From Eubacterium sp. (GTDB taxonomy: Bacteria; Bacillota; Clostridia; Lachnospirales; Lachnospiraceae): a stretch of 64,000 bases of DNA. Of this stretch, positions 18,776 to 28,924 are shown piece after piece. Under the pieces are notes generated by a model. It was not told the origin of the DNA. It worked only from the letters and a program-made list of their open reading frames with translations, and did not search any database. Every line of letters starts with the position of its first letter. The first letter of the stretch is position 1. Position numbers and translations under genes: made by a program. The DNA is taken from contig JAFUPY010000004.1 in the NCBI GenBank assembly GCA_017472565.1, positions 2,739 to 66,738 of the forward strand, read 5' to 3'.

Positions 18776-19621
18776 ATGAAAAGAAAAACAATTATCACTG
18801 CAGCAGTAACTGGTGCATGGCCGAAAAAAGAGAACAATCCAAATGTACCGATGACGCCTTCTGAAATTGCAGATGATGTATATGCATGTTGGAAAGCTGG
18901 TGCCGCCATTGCGCATCTGCATATGCGTGATGAAAATGGCAACGGAACCATGAACACAGAAAAGTTCCGTGAGACAGTAAATCTGATTCGTACAAGATAT
19001 CCAGAGTGTGATATTATTCTGAATCTTACAACATCTGGAGATATTAATGCAGATGATGCTATTCGAATGGCACACATTAAAGAGTTAAAACCAGAAATGG
19101 CGTCTTATGACTGTGGTTCCATGAACTGGTTGCATAGCGGGGTGTTTTTAAATACACCACCATTTTTAGAAGAATGCGGATATCTGTTCCAGGAAACAAA
19201 TACCAAACCGGAAATCGAAGCCTTTGATCCAGGTATGATTGCAAATGCGGCCTACTATCTGAAAAAAGGCGTGTTAAAAGCACCACTTCATTTTCAGTTC
19301 TGTATGGGCTGCGCGAATGGTATTCCTGGTAACATGAAAAATCTTCTTTTTATGAAAGAGACTATGGATGCACTTTGTCCTGGCTCTACATGGTCCTGCT
19401 TTGGCGTTGGGCATAGCGCATTGGAAATGTTGTATGGTGCGGTTGCATTGGGCGGACATATTCGTGTAGGGATGGAAGATAATGTTATGTATGCAAAGGG
19501 GGTTCTTGCTGAAAGCAATGCGCAGTTTGTAGAAAGAGCAGCTCGTGTCATCAGAGAATATGGTAATGAAGTTGCTACACCAGCGGATGCTCGTGAAATA
19601 CTTGGATTAATAGAGAAATAA
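18776..19621 (+). CDS. Beta-keto acid cleavage enzyme (BKACE/DUF849, Kce family)
   Basis: IITAAVTGA, NPNVPMTPSEIA, AGAAIAHLHMR, PEIEAFD, GGHIRVGMEDN, ATPADAREILGL. Confidence 0.93.
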   Translation: MKRKTIITAAVTGAWPKKENNPNVPMTPSEIADDVYACWKAGAAIAHLHMRDENGNGTMNTEKFRETVNLIRTRYPECDIILNLTTSGDINADDAIRMAHIKELKPEMASYDCGSMNWLHSGVFLNTPPFLEECGYLFQETNTKPEIEAFDPGMIANAAYYLKKGVLKAPLHFQFCMGCANGIPGNMKNLLFMKETMDALCPGSTWSCFGVGHSALEMLYGAVALGGHIRVGMEDNVMYAKGVLAESNAQFVERAARVIREYGNEVATPADAREILGLIEK

Positions 19622-19717
19622 ACTAGTCAAGAAAAAATAATACAATTACAAAAACCTGTTTAGAAAAAGAGATATTATTCACTTTTAGTGGAAATATCTC
19701 TTTTTTGTTGCAAAGGC

Positions 19718-19735
19718 TGTTGTAGTTTTGCAACA
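19718..19735. promoter_or_regulatory. Putative enhancer site for the sigma-54 activator
   Basis: TGTTGTA-N4-TGCAACA pseudo-palindrome; related copies at 24141, 28925 and 35742. Confidence 0.6.
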
Positions 19736-19826
19736 ACATGTATAGCAGATTGAGATGATAGAGATATTTTTCCTCATACAAGAGAGAAAAATAGTAGAAA
19801 CATAAGACTTTTTCACTTGAAAAAAT

Positions 19827-19841
19827 TGGCACAGGTTTTGC
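19827..19841 (+). promoter_or_regulatory. Sigma-54 promoter (cyclase operon)
   Basis: TGGCACA-GGTT-TTGC. Confidence 0.85.
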
Positions 19842-19906
19842 GTACTATGAAGTTGACTATTAAAAATCCGTAAGGAAACAATTTTTTATGTAAAGGAGAT
19901 ACAAAC

Positions 19907-20725
19907 ATGGGAAAACAGATTTTAGTAGACTTATCACATCCATTTGGCAGAGGCAATCCATTATGGCCATCTAACGGAGACTTCCACATCGACAGAGTAC
20001 AGCATATGCCAATGCATTACAGATTATTACAGACATTTAATGACTTCCATATGCACAACAGTACGCATGCAGATTCCCCATCTCACGTTATTCCTGAAGG
20101 TGCGTTCACACATGAACTTCCACTGGAAAATTACTATGGGGAAGCAATCTGTCTTGATATCCCAAAAGGGAAATGGGAACTGATCACACCAGAAGAAATC
20201 GAAGAGGCTGCAGCAAAAATCGAAGGTGGATTAAAAGAAGGTGATTGGGTATGTATTTGTACAGGTATGCATAAACGTTGGGGCGAAAATGATGATTATT
20301 TCGCATACAGCCCAGGGCTTTCCATCGATGCTGCAAAATTCTTAGTAGAAAAGAAAGTAAAAGGTGTTGCCTTAGATATGCAGGCACTGGATCACATTCT
20401 TTATACATATGCTGCGCAGCACGGCCCTGGTCCATATGTGCCAAGAATTGTAGAAGAATACAGAAAACAGTTTGGACATGATCCATTAGAAGATTTCCCA
20501 GAATGGGAACCATGTCATGATATCCTTCTTAGAAACAACGTAATGGGTATCGAAAACCTTGGTGGTGACATTGAAAAAGTAAAAGGACAGAGATTCATGT
20601 TCTGTGCATTCCCGCTGAGATGGTACATGGGTGATGGCACAATCGTTCGTGCGGTTGCATTTATTGATGAAGATAAGATCAATAAAGACGTGCCAGATCG
20701 TGTTTACAAATACGGCGTATATTAA
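19907..20725 (+). CDS. Cyclase family metal-dependent hydrolase (kynurenine formamidase-like)
   Basis: DLSHP, HNSTHADSPSH metal motif, PGLS, IENL, PLR...GDGTIVRAVA. Confidence 0.88.
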   Translation: MGKQILVDLSHPFGRGNPLWPSNGDFHIDRVQHMPMHYRLLQTFNDFHMHNSTHADSPSHVIPEGAFTHELPLENYYGEAICLDIPKGKWELITPEEIEEAAAKIEGGLKEGDWVCICTGMHKRWGENDDYFAYSPGLSIDAAKFLVEKKVKGVALDMQALDHILYTYAAQHGPGPYVPRIVEEYRKQFGHDPLEDFPEWEPCHDILLRNNVMGIENLGGDIEKVKGQRFMFCAFPLRWYMGDGTIVRAVAFIDEDKINKDVPDRVYKYGVY

Positions 20726-20810
20726 GAACTACAGATAACTGCAGATAGTAATCACTTGCTGTCTGCAGTTGTACTTTATCACATATATGGCAAGAAATGA
20801 GGAAGCAAAA

Positions 20811-21755
20811 ATGGCTGATAAAAAAAGAGTAGCAGTGTTAGGTGCCGGCAAGATGGGTTTAGGTATCGCTTTGCTGTTCGCTATGAAAGGGCACGAAGTA
20901 AAAGTTATTTATGTATATGATGACAAGATCCGTTGCGATGCACGTGCTGTCATCAAAGCGAACTTACGTGTGTTGGTAGATAATGACGTTGTTACTGCAG
21001 AGGATGCGGATGCAGCAATAGATAGAGTTGGGTTTGTGGATGCAATCGAAGAAGTCGCAGATTTTGCAGATATTGTGTTTGAAGGAATCATTGAAGATCT
21101 TGCTATTAAACAGGACTATTTCGCAAAGATGGATGCAATCTTTCCAGTCACAACTATTTTAGCGACCAATACATCCGCTATCAGTATAACGGAAATCGCA
21201 GAAAAAAGTGTTCACAAAGAACGCATTATAGGAACTCATTACTGGGATCCTGCATACTTGATTCCACTGGTAGAAGTAATCAAAACAAAATATGTTTCAG
21301 AAGAAACCGTAAAAACAACTTATGATCTTTTGAAAGAAGCTGGTAAAAGACCAGTTATTGTAAAAAAAGATGTGCCAGGATTTTTGGCAAATCGTATGCA
21401 GCATGCATTGTTCAGAGAAGCATTATCTATCGTAGAGAACGATATTGCAGATCCTAAGGATGTGGATGATGCGATTAAATACGGATTTGGCATGCGACTT
21501 GGTGTTCGCGCACCAATCGAAGTTATGGATATGGGTGGCGTGGATCTTACTTATTGGATTCATGAATATCTATTCCCACACATCGAAAGCTCTACCACAC
21601 CATCCAGATTGTTGACAGAAAACATGGAAAAAGGCAATCTTGGAGCCAAAACCGGACAGGGCATTATGACCTGGTCAGAAGAAGATGTAAAAGAATCAAA
21701 TGAGAGATTGATTGAAGGTCTTATCAAGGTTGCAAAAGCACTGGATCGTATTTAG
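20811..21755 (+). CDS. 3-hydroxyacyl(-CoA) dehydrogenase family protein
   Basis: GAGKMGLGIA Rossmann motif, EDLAIK, TNTS, GTHYWDP...LVEV, GFLANR, LGAKTGQG. Confidence 0.9.
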   Translation: MADKKRVAVLGAGKMGLGIALLFAMKGHEVKVIYVYDDKIRCDARAVIKANLRVLVDNDVVTAEDADAAIDRVGFVDAIEEVADFADIVFEGIIEDLAIKQDYFAKMDAIFPVTTILATNTSAISITEIAEKSVHKERIIGTHYWDPAYLIPLVEVIKTKYVSEETVKTTYDLLKEAGKRPVIVKKDVPGFLANRMQHALFREALSIVENDIADPKDVDDAIKYGFGMRLGVRAPIEVMDMGGVDLTYWIHEYLFPHIESSTTPSRLLTENMEKGNLGAKTGQGIMTWSEEDVKESNERLIEGLIKVAKALDRI

Positions 21756-21781
21756 CACAGATAGAAGATTGGAGAAAAGAA

Positions 21782-22960
21782 ATGAGAAATGTAGTAATCG
21801 TAGCTGGTTGCCGTACACCAATAGGAACCATCGGTGGTCAGTTCAAATCCCTTACGTCCCTGGATTTATCAATTCCTGTAATGCAGAATCTGATTCAGCG
21901 TTCAGGCATTGATCCAGCTATGATCGAAGATGTTATCTGGGGCTGTAATTATCAAAGAACTTACAAAGAAAATAATCTTGCGCGTGTTGCTGCTGTGAAA
22001 GCAGGTCTTCCAGTAACAGTTCCAGGAATTACCATTCATAGAAACTGTACATCGTCTATGTCTGCGGTACAGATGGGATTTTATCAGATTAAATCCGGTG
22101 AAGCAGACTGTATTATGGCAGGTGGTGCAGATAGTATGAGTACTGCTCCACATATGGTATTTAATGCAAGATATGGTCAGAAATATGGACATATGGAAAT
22201 GCGAGACTCTATGTGGGATTCCTTGACGAATCTTGGTGTAGGGCCAGCAATGGGGATTACAGCTGAAAACGTGGCTGAAAAATATGATGTAACTCGTGAA
22301 CAGATGGATGCATATTCCCTTCGTTCACAGAAACGTGCAGTAGAAGCAATGGACGCAGGAAGATTTGAAGAAGAAATCATTCCAGTAGTCGTATCTTCCA
22401 GAAAAGGAGACATTGCCTATACGGTAGATGAATATCCAAAGAGGGATGCGACAATCGAAGGATTACAAAAGTTAAAACCTGCATTTAAAGAGGGCGGAAA
22501 AGTAACTGCAGGAAATGCCTCAGGTATGAATGACGCGTCTTCAGGTGTAATTTTGATGGAAGAAGAAAAAGCAAAAGAACTGGGTGTACCTATCTTGGCA
22601 AGAGTCGTAAGTGTTGCAACAACTGGTGTAGAGCCTGAATTAATGGGAATCGGCCCTATCAGCGCAACACAAAAGGCATTGGAAAAAGCAGGGCTGACCA
22701 TTGAGGATATAGACCTTTTTGAAATCAATGAAGCGTTTGCTTCTCAGTGTCTGGCTTGTCAGAAGGCGTTGGGAATTCCAGATGAAAAATTAAATGTAAA
22801 CGGTGGCGGAATTTCTCTTGGACATCCAGTAGGAGCGACTGGCTCTCGTATCATCATTTCCCTAATGTATGAAATGAGAAGACGAGGTAATCGCTATGGT
22901 GTTGCAACACTTTGTGCAGGCGGTGGCATGGGTACAGCTGTGATTATCGAAGCATGCTAA
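21782..22960 (+). CDS. Thiolase (acetyl-CoA C-acyltransferase)
   Basis: RTPIG, catalytic RNCTSS, TAGNASGMND, EINEAF, GHPVGATG, LCAGGGMG. Confidence 0.95.
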   Translation: MRNVVIVAGCRTPIGTIGGQFKSLTSLDLSIPVMQNLIQRSGIDPAMIEDVIWGCNYQRTYKENNLARVAAVKAGLPVTVPGITIHRNCTSSMSAVQMGFYQIKSGEADCIMAGGADSMSTAPHMVFNARYGQKYGHMEMRDSMWDSLTNLGVGPAMGITAENVAEKYDVTREQMDAYSLRSQKRAVEAMDAGRFEEEIIPVVVSSRKGDIAYTVDEYPKRDATIEGLQKLKPAFKEGGKVTAGNASGMNDASSGVILMEEEKAKELGVPILARVVSVATTGVEPELMGIGPISATQKALEKAGLTIEDIDLFEINEAFASQCLACQKALGIPDEKLNVNGGGISLGHPVGATGSRIIISLMYEMRRRGNRYGVATLCAGGGMGTAVIIEAC

Positions 22961-22976
22961 AAGCTAGGAGTGAAAC

Positions 22977-24143
22977 ATGAAAGATTTTGTATTTTCTTTC
23001 CCAACTAAAATTATCTTTGGAAAATGTGCGGAAGATAATATAGGACAGATGACTGCATTGTACGGAAAACATGCGTTGATATTGTATGGCAGCAGTCGTA
23101 TTGAAAAAAATGGATTACTGAACAAGATAACAAAGTTATTGGAAGATAATAATGTGTCTTATGAAACATATGGCGGTATTTGTGAGAATCCGTTGCTATC
23201 AGATGCACGGGCTGCTTGTGACATTGTAAAAGAAAAAAACATCGACTGTTTGATTGCTGTTGGCGGCGGAAGTGTAATAGATACCGCAAAGACGGTCGCT
23301 ATAGGGAGCTGTACAGAAACGCCTATTTGGGATTTCTTTGAAGGAAAGATGGTTCCAGAACGAGCGTTACCAATCGGTGTTGTGTTAACAATGGCAGCCA
23401 CAGCCAGCGAGGCAAACGGTGTAGCTGTGCTTACCAATGAGAAAGAAAAGAAAAAAACCATGCTGTTTTCACCGCATTTTTACCCAAAGTTTGCTTTGTT
23501 GAATCCGGAATTGACTTATACTGTACCAGCGAAACAGACCGCTATTGGAGCAGTTGATATCTTTGCTCATGCGTTTGAACGCTATTTTGATCTGGAGCAA
23601 AAAAATACACTGCGCAATCATCTTTGTGTATCGGTCATGAAAACGGTTCTGGAAGAACTTCCAAAAGTGCAGAATCAATTAGATGATTATGCAAGTCGCA
23701 GTCAATTGATGTGGTCTGCCACCATGGCACATAGTGACATGATTGGTGCAGGCGGAGTGTTTGTCTGTCATGAAATCTCGCATATCCTGACAGAGGAATA
23801 CGGGATTCCACATGGGCTTGCATTGGGAATTTTAATGCCGGCATGGTGCAAATATATGTTGCTGACAAATGCAGGTGATATCGCTAGGTTTGCAGAGGAT
23901 GTATTTGATGTGATGAAAGATGTAAAAACAGACCAGGCGATAGCACAAGAGGGGATTTCAAAAATGCAGCAATCTATATGTGACGCTGGTCTGCCGGTTA
24001 CGCTCAGAGAAGCAGGCATTATGTTTGTGAATAGTAAGATCCTTGCCCGTAAGGTACTGTCAGGGGATACGACCATTGGGAATTGCTTCCGAGCATTATC
24101 GCTTCATGATATAGAAGCCATCATTGAGCTTGCAAAAGGGTAG
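22977..24143 (+). CDS. Iron-containing alcohol dehydrogenase
   Basis: PTKIIFG, AVGGGSVIDTAK, DIFAHAFERY, HEISH...PHG metal ligands. Confidence 0.9.
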   Translation: MKDFVFSFPTKIIFGKCAEDNIGQMTALYGKHALILYGSSRIEKNGLLNKITKLLEDNNVSYETYGGICENPLLSDARAACDIVKEKNIDCLIAVGGGSVIDTAKTVAIGSCTETPIWDFFEGKMVPERALPIGVVLTMAATASEANGVAVLTNEKEKKKTMLFSPHFYPKFALLNPELTYTVPAKQTAIGAVDIFAHAFERYFDLEQKNTLRNHLCVSVMKTVLEELPKVQNQLDDYASRSQLMWSATMAHSDMIGAGGVFVCHEISHILTEEYGIPHGLALGILMPAWCKYMLLTNAGDIARFAEDVFDVMKDVKTDQAIAQEGISKMQQSICDAGLPVTLREAGIMFVNSKILARKVLSGDTTIGNCFRALSLHDIEAIIELAKG

Positions 24144-24179
24144 TGCAAGTATGCAACAAATAAATTCAAAATTGCAACA
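24141..24179. promoter_or_regulatory. Tandem putative enhancer sites upstream of the DUF362 operon
   Basis: Two TGCAACA half-sites (24152, 24173) 21 bp apart. Confidence 0.6.
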
Positions 24180-24246
24180 AAGAGGCGTTAAAACATAAAA
24201 AAATTTAAATTTTTTGGAAAAATTGAGAGTTGTTTCGTGAAAAAGT

Positions 24247-24261
24247 TGGCATGGCGATTGC
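24247..24261 (+). promoter_or_regulatory. Sigma-54 promoter (DUF362 operon)
   Basis: TGGCATG-GCGA-TTGC. Confidence 0.85.
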
Positions 24262-24313
24262 GTATTACTAGGATGCAATCGTCATGCAAAAGAAAAAATA
24301 GGAGGAAAAATAA

Positions 24314-25603
24314 ATGTCTAAAAAATCAGTAGTAGCACTTGCGAAGGGACTGGACGTACAGGAAAATGTCACTCGCGTGTTTGATTTAATGGGTGGTGTT
24401 ACAAATGTTATTCGTAAAGGTTCCATCGTTGTATTAAAACCAAATGCAGGTCATGCGGAACCACCAGAAACTTCTGTTTGCACAAATCCAGAAGTAGTTC
24501 GTGCGGTTATCCGTGAAGTAAAAAAAGCAGAACCGAAAAAGATTATTATTGCAGAAGCAGCAGCGATTGGATGCGACACAGAAGAATGCTTCAGAGTAAG
24601 CGGAATTGAAGCAGTAGCGTTGGAGGAAGGCGTTGAATTACGCGACATCAAACGTGATAAGGAATTAGTAAACGTTGCTGTACGTGATTTTAAATCTAAC
24701 ATTGATCATGTGTTGCTGCCAAGATTCTTGATGGAGGCAGATCACTTAATCAATCTCCCAATTTTGAAAGCACATGCAAGTATGGTATTTTCAGGAGCAC
24801 TGAAAAATATCAAAGGTGTAGTTCAGGATAAAGTACATATGCAGATGCATCAGCACAATTTGACAATGGCGATGATGGATGTATGGAGTGCATGCCGCGC
24901 AGATATCAATATTATGGATGCAATGCGTGCGGCAAGTGGATATAGCCCACATATGCCAGTGCCAATTGAAACAAATATGATTCTTGGATCAAAAGATCCC
25001 GTTGCAATCGACCGCGTAGCTTGTGAAGTAACAGGTATTGACACAAGCTGTGTAGATTATTTTAAAGTGGCTGAAGAAACAGGACTTGGCAAATATGCAA
25101 TGGAAGATATTGAAGTTGTTGGTGATTCTATTGAAGACTGTTACAAGAAGATGTGGATTCCATACATTGGCGATATGAGCACTCGCTGGCCGGAATATGA
25201 TGTGAAATGTGAAGGCGCATGCTCCAGCTGCCAGGCACTTCTTGCAATCAACATGGAAGAATTAAAAGCGGTGGATGAGTATGATAAAAATGCAGGAATG
25301 ACAATTGTTATTGGACCAAAAAATGAGATTCCAAAAGACATTCCAGATGAAAAAATCGTACTTCATGGTAACTGTACAAGAAAATATCTCAAAGATCATC
25401 CAAACGCATTTTGGATTTTAGGATGTCCTCCAAACGAGCCAGCTCTTTATCTGACTGTTCAGAGAAAAGAAATCATTAATGGTATGGGCGATCAGGAAGA
25501 AGAAATCATCCGTCCTTGTATGGCAAGAGATGCAGCCGTGTGGCGTGACTATGTATTCAAAGCAGCAGATAAGTATTATGAGGAACATCCGGAGGATAGA
25601 TAA
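24314..25603 (+). CDS. DUF362 domain iron-sulfur protein
   Basis: VVLKPN, TNPEVV, ADHLINLPILKAH...SGALKN.KG, DPVAID; C-terminal CSSC...GNC...GCPP cluster ligands. Confidence 0.88.
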   Translation: MSKKSVVALAKGLDVQENVTRVFDLMGGVTNVIRKGSIVVLKPNAGHAEPPETSVCTNPEVVRAVIREVKKAEPKKIIIAEAAAIGCDTEECFRVSGIEAVALEEGVELRDIKRDKELVNVAVRDFKSNIDHVLLPRFLMEADHLINLPILKAHASMVFSGALKNIKGVVQDKVHMQMHQHNLTMAMMDVWSACRADINIMDAMRAASGYSPHMPVPIETNMILGSKDPVAIDRVACEVTGIDTSCVDYFKVAEETGLGKYAMEDIEVVGDSIEDCYKKMWIPYIGDMSTRWPEYDVKCEGACSSCQALLAINMEELKAVDEYDKNAGMTIVIGPKNEIPKDIPDEKIVLHGNCTRKYLKDHPNAFWILGCPPNEPALYLTVQRKEIINGMGDQEEEIIRPCMARDAAVWRDYVFKAADKYYEEHPEDR

Positions 25604-25884
25604 TGGATGGATACGTATATGTTGAAATGGATGAAAAATGCAAAAGTCTATTAAATACAATTTTTACAGACGAGTTCATGCAGGAAAACACAAATTTTAC
25701 AAACTTTGAAGGATTCCAGTATTCCAGTGCAGTTATTACCAATTGGAGGGCTGAACATATGGTGTATGCCCAGCTTTTGATGGATAATTTTGTAAAGGAA
25801 AGCACACGCTTTTCTTCATGGGAAGAAATGGTAATGATTGCTACAGATGAAAAGTTTGGCAAGTTTATGGCAAATCCTGTATAA
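25603..25884 (+). CDS. Small hypothetical protein, 93 aa
   Basis: TAATG overlap with the DUF362 stop and a GGAGG RBS; internal duplication FMQENTNF / FVKESTRF. Confidence 0.8.
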   Translation: MDGYVYVEMDEKCKSLLNTIFTDEFMQENTNFTNFEGFQYSSAVITNWRAEHMVYAQLLMDNFVKESTRFSSWEEMVMIATDEKFGKFMANPV

Positions 25885-25905
25885 TCGTTGAAAAGGAGAA
25901 TGAAA

Positions 25906-27204
25906 ATGGGAAATAATACACAGAAAATTGAAAGTGAAAATATGAAAATGAATTTCTCCAAAGGCTGGGGAATCATCATTTACTGTGCAGCAATGTTTTT
26001 CTTCCTGATTGGTTTTTCCATCGATGGATTAAATATTATTGCACCAGCATTTGCTGAAAAAACAGGTATCGAATATGCAACTGTTCTTAGTATGTCAACA
26101 GTTGCAGGATTAGTGGGTATCATTGCATATATTATTATTTCTAGGGTTGTTATCAAAGCGGGAGCACGTATGGTTTCTGGTATTTGCTTAATTGCAGCTA
26201 GTTTATCTTATGTTGCATTGGGACATTCTAATACATTAGTTGCTTATGCGATTTGTTTAACATTAGTAACATGTTTCATCAATGGCGCCGCATACATTGC
26301 AGGTGGTGCACTTGTAGCACAGTGGTTCCCTAAGAAAAAAGGTCTCGCAAATGGTTTTACAACTATGGGACATAACAGTGGATCCGCATTCTATGTACCA
26401 TTGATTGGTTTCTTATTAGGCGCATTAGGATTTGCAAATGGTATGACAGTAACTGCTATTGCAGGCGCAATCCTTGGTGTGATAGGTTTGATTTTTGTTC
26501 GTAACACTCCACAGGAAATGGGTATGCTGCCAGATAACGTTACACAGGAAGTATATGACAGAGAGTACTTTGAAGGTGACTCTGATGAAAAGGGTGGATG
26601 GACAGTTGGTAAGCTGTTGAAAACAAAAGAAATGTGGCTTTGCGCATTAGTAGTAGGTATTAACCAGTTAGTTACAACAGGTGTTATGTCTCAGCTTGTA
26701 GTTCGTAACACACAGATTGGTTTTGAACAGTCCAAAGCAGTTGCTTTAATGACAGTTGCGGCTTTGATCGGTCTTGTTGGTTCTTATATCTTTGGTGCAC
26801 TGGATCAGAAACTCGGCGTAAAGAAGGCAATTTTAATCTTCTTGGCATGGTATGCAGTAGCATTGTTAGTTAACTGTTCCAACACAATGATTGGTGTTTA
26901 TATCTCCGTATTTATGATTGGTATCTCTGTAGGTGCGGCTGCTAACTTTATCGTATCATTACCGGCATCTGTTTTCGGGCGACATGGATTTGCCACTGTT
27001 AACTCTGTCTTCTTCCCATTAATGCAGGTTGTATTAATGATGAATTATCTTGTAAATGCAGCAGCATTAAAACTTACAGGCAGCTTAAGAGGTGCATATT
27101 TCGTATTTGTTGGCTTGCTGATTGTGAATATGATTCTGATTGCTGTAATAAACACACGTAAATACAACAAAGATTACCAGAAAGAAGATAGCTTAAGAGC
27201 TTAA
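25906..27204 (+). CDS. MFS transporter
   Basis: About 12 hydrophobic segments, WFPKKKGLANG, GALDQKLGVK motif A-like loop, VFGRHGF. Confidence 0.9.
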   Translation: MGNNTQKIESENMKMNFSKGWGIIIYCAAMFFFLIGFSIDGLNIIAPAFAEKTGIEYATVLSMSTVAGLVGIIAYIIISRVVIKAGARMVSGICLIAASLSYVALGHSNTLVAYAICLTLVTCFINGAAYIAGGALVAQWFPKKKGLANGFTTMGHNSGSAFYVPLIGFLLGALGFANGMTVTAIAGAILGVIGLIFVRNTPQEMGMLPDNVTQEVYDREYFEGDSDEKGGWTVGKLLKTKEMWLCALVVGINQLVTTGVMSQLVVRNTQIGFEQSKAVALMTVAALIGLVGSYIFGALDQKLGVKKAILIFLAWYAVALLVNCSNTMIGVYISVFMIGISVGAAANFIVSLPASVFGRHGFATVNSVFFPLMQVVLMMNYLVNAAALKLTGSLRGAYFVFVGLLIVNMILIAVINTRKYNKDYQKEDSLRA

Positions 27205-27267
27205 TTGTTGGATATTACATAATAGAAATATAAGAAACTCTTTCATATAATTTACAAAGACCAAAAC

Positions 27268-27311
27268 CGAAGCGGTATATCTGAATGCAACATTACAGAT
27301 ATACCGCTTCG
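27268..27311. terminator. Bidirectional terminator
   Basis: CGAAGCGGTATATCTG / CAGATATACCGCTTCG perfect 16-bp stem between convergent genes. Confidence 0.8.
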
Positions 27312-27317
27312 ATTGTT

Positions 27318-28835
27318 TTAGATATCTTTTTTCCCAGAATAATCAATCTGATACTGTTTGATTTTTCTGGAAATGGTAGATGCGTTTATGTTAAGTTTTT
27401 CTCCTGCTTCACGAAGATTGCTGGATTCTCGTAAAACACTTTCTAATAGCTGCTTTTCAAAGTGAGCCACTGCTGTATTGAAATCCATATTTGTTGGCAG
27501 AGCTTCGTGTTCAGAAGAGATGTCTAACAGACTTGTGATGACGCTGTCATCAATGCTTCCGATACCAGAACTGCATAAAATCAGATATTCCATGAAGTTT
27601 TCCAATTCACGGATGTTACCAGGCCACTGATAGTCTCTTAGATATTGAAGTTGCTGTTCTGACAGTTCAAAGGAACATTCATACTTTTTACAAAACCGGT
27701 TAATAAAGTGATTGCACAATGGTTCAATATCCACGACACGTTCTCTCAGTGGTGGAACGTAGATTGGAATTACATTCAAACGATAGTATAGATCCTGTCG
27801 GAAGGTTCCTTCTGCAATCTTTTCTTTTAAATTACTATTGGTCAGAGCCAGGAAACGAATATCCAGTTTGATTGGCTTGGTACCGCCGATGCGAGTGATT
27901 TCCTGCTGCTGGATGGCACGCAATAGCTTTACCTGAAGATCCATTGGCATATCGCCGATTTCATCTAACATTAAAGTTCCGTGATTAGCCAGTTCAAATA
28001 ATCCTGGTTTGCCCTTTGCGCTTGCACCGGAAAACGCTCCTTTTTCATATCCAAAGAGCTCGGATTCAAGCAGATGGGCAGGAATGGAAGCACAGTTAAT
28101 CTTTACAAAAGGTTCTTTGCTTCGCTTGCTGTTTTTGTAAATTTCGTCTGCAATGACTTCTTTACCAGCACCGGATTCACCAGTGATCAATACGGTTGCA
28201 TCAGATTTTGCTACATGATTAATCAACGTCCATATATTGGCCAAAGAAGTGTCCTTACCTATCATGTCAGAAGATAAATGATCTTCTGATTTTTTTTCGA
28301 TGGTTTTATTGTTAAGACCGTGGATTTCTTTTAAGAAATCATCAAAGTCCTGTTTTAACGATTTTAAAGTAACGATTGGACGGCTGCAGGCAACTACCTG
28401 ATATAATTCACCTTTGTCGTCAAAAATTGGTGTTCCGATGGAGTATCCTGTCAGTGGTTTGCCATCTGTATAGGTTGTTGACAGTCGAAAAGCAGGCTTT
28501 TTGTGCTTTAACACATCCATAATGGACCCGCCCGTATACACTTTATCCTTTCCAATCAAGTCAGCTACATTCTTATTTAAAACTCGTTCCGCAGAAACTC
28601 CAGTATTTTTGGAATATGCAGGATTCACGTAAAGAACATTTCCCTGATTGTCTGTGATAAATATACTATCGTCTATTTCGTCCACTACCTGTTTAAAGTC
28701 GATACCGTGTTTTAAAAAGAGCAAGAGATACTGATCAATCTCTTCCAATTCATTGTAAATAGGTGTGTTTTCTATTTTTTTCATTGTATTCAAGAGCATA
28801 TCTCGAATCTTACAAATGGCTAAATATTGATTCAT
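27318..28835 (-). CDS. Sigma-54-dependent transcriptional activator (PAS, AAA+, Fis-type HTH)
   Basis: PAS IFITDNQGNVLYVNPAY; GESGAGKE, ESELFGYEKGAFSGA, LDEIG, FRQDLYYRLNV, WPGNIREL. Confidence 0.96.
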   Translation of the reverse strand: MNQYLAICKIRDMLLNTMKKIENTPIYNELEEIDQYLLLFLKHGIDFKQVVDEIDDSIFITDNQGNVLYVNPAYSKNTGVSAERVLNKNVADLIGKDKVYTGGSIMDVLKHKKPAFRLSTTYTDGKPLTGYSIGTPIFDDKGELYQVVACSRPIVTLKSLKQDFDDFLKEIHGLNNKTIEKKSEDHLSSDMIGKDTSLANIWTLINHVAKSDATVLITGESGAGKEVIADEIYKNSKRSKEPFVKINCASIPAHLLESELFGYEKGAFSGASAKGKPGLFELANHGTLMLDEIGDMPMDLQVKLLRAIQQQEITRIGGTKPIKLDIRFLALTNSNLKEKIAEGTFRQDLYYRLNVIPIYVPPLRERVVDIEPLCNHFINRFCKKYECSFELSEQQLQYLRDYQWPGNIRELENFMEYLILCSSGIGSIDDSVITSLLDISSEHEALPTNMDFNTAVAHFEKQLLESVLRESSNLREAGEKLNINASTISRKIKQYQIDYSGKKDI

Positions 28836-28924
28836 GGTAATCTTCTCCTTTGCATTTCTTCCTAAGAAACCTCTTTTAAAATTATATCAAAACTGTCATT
28901 TTATGTAAATGAAATACAGGAGAA

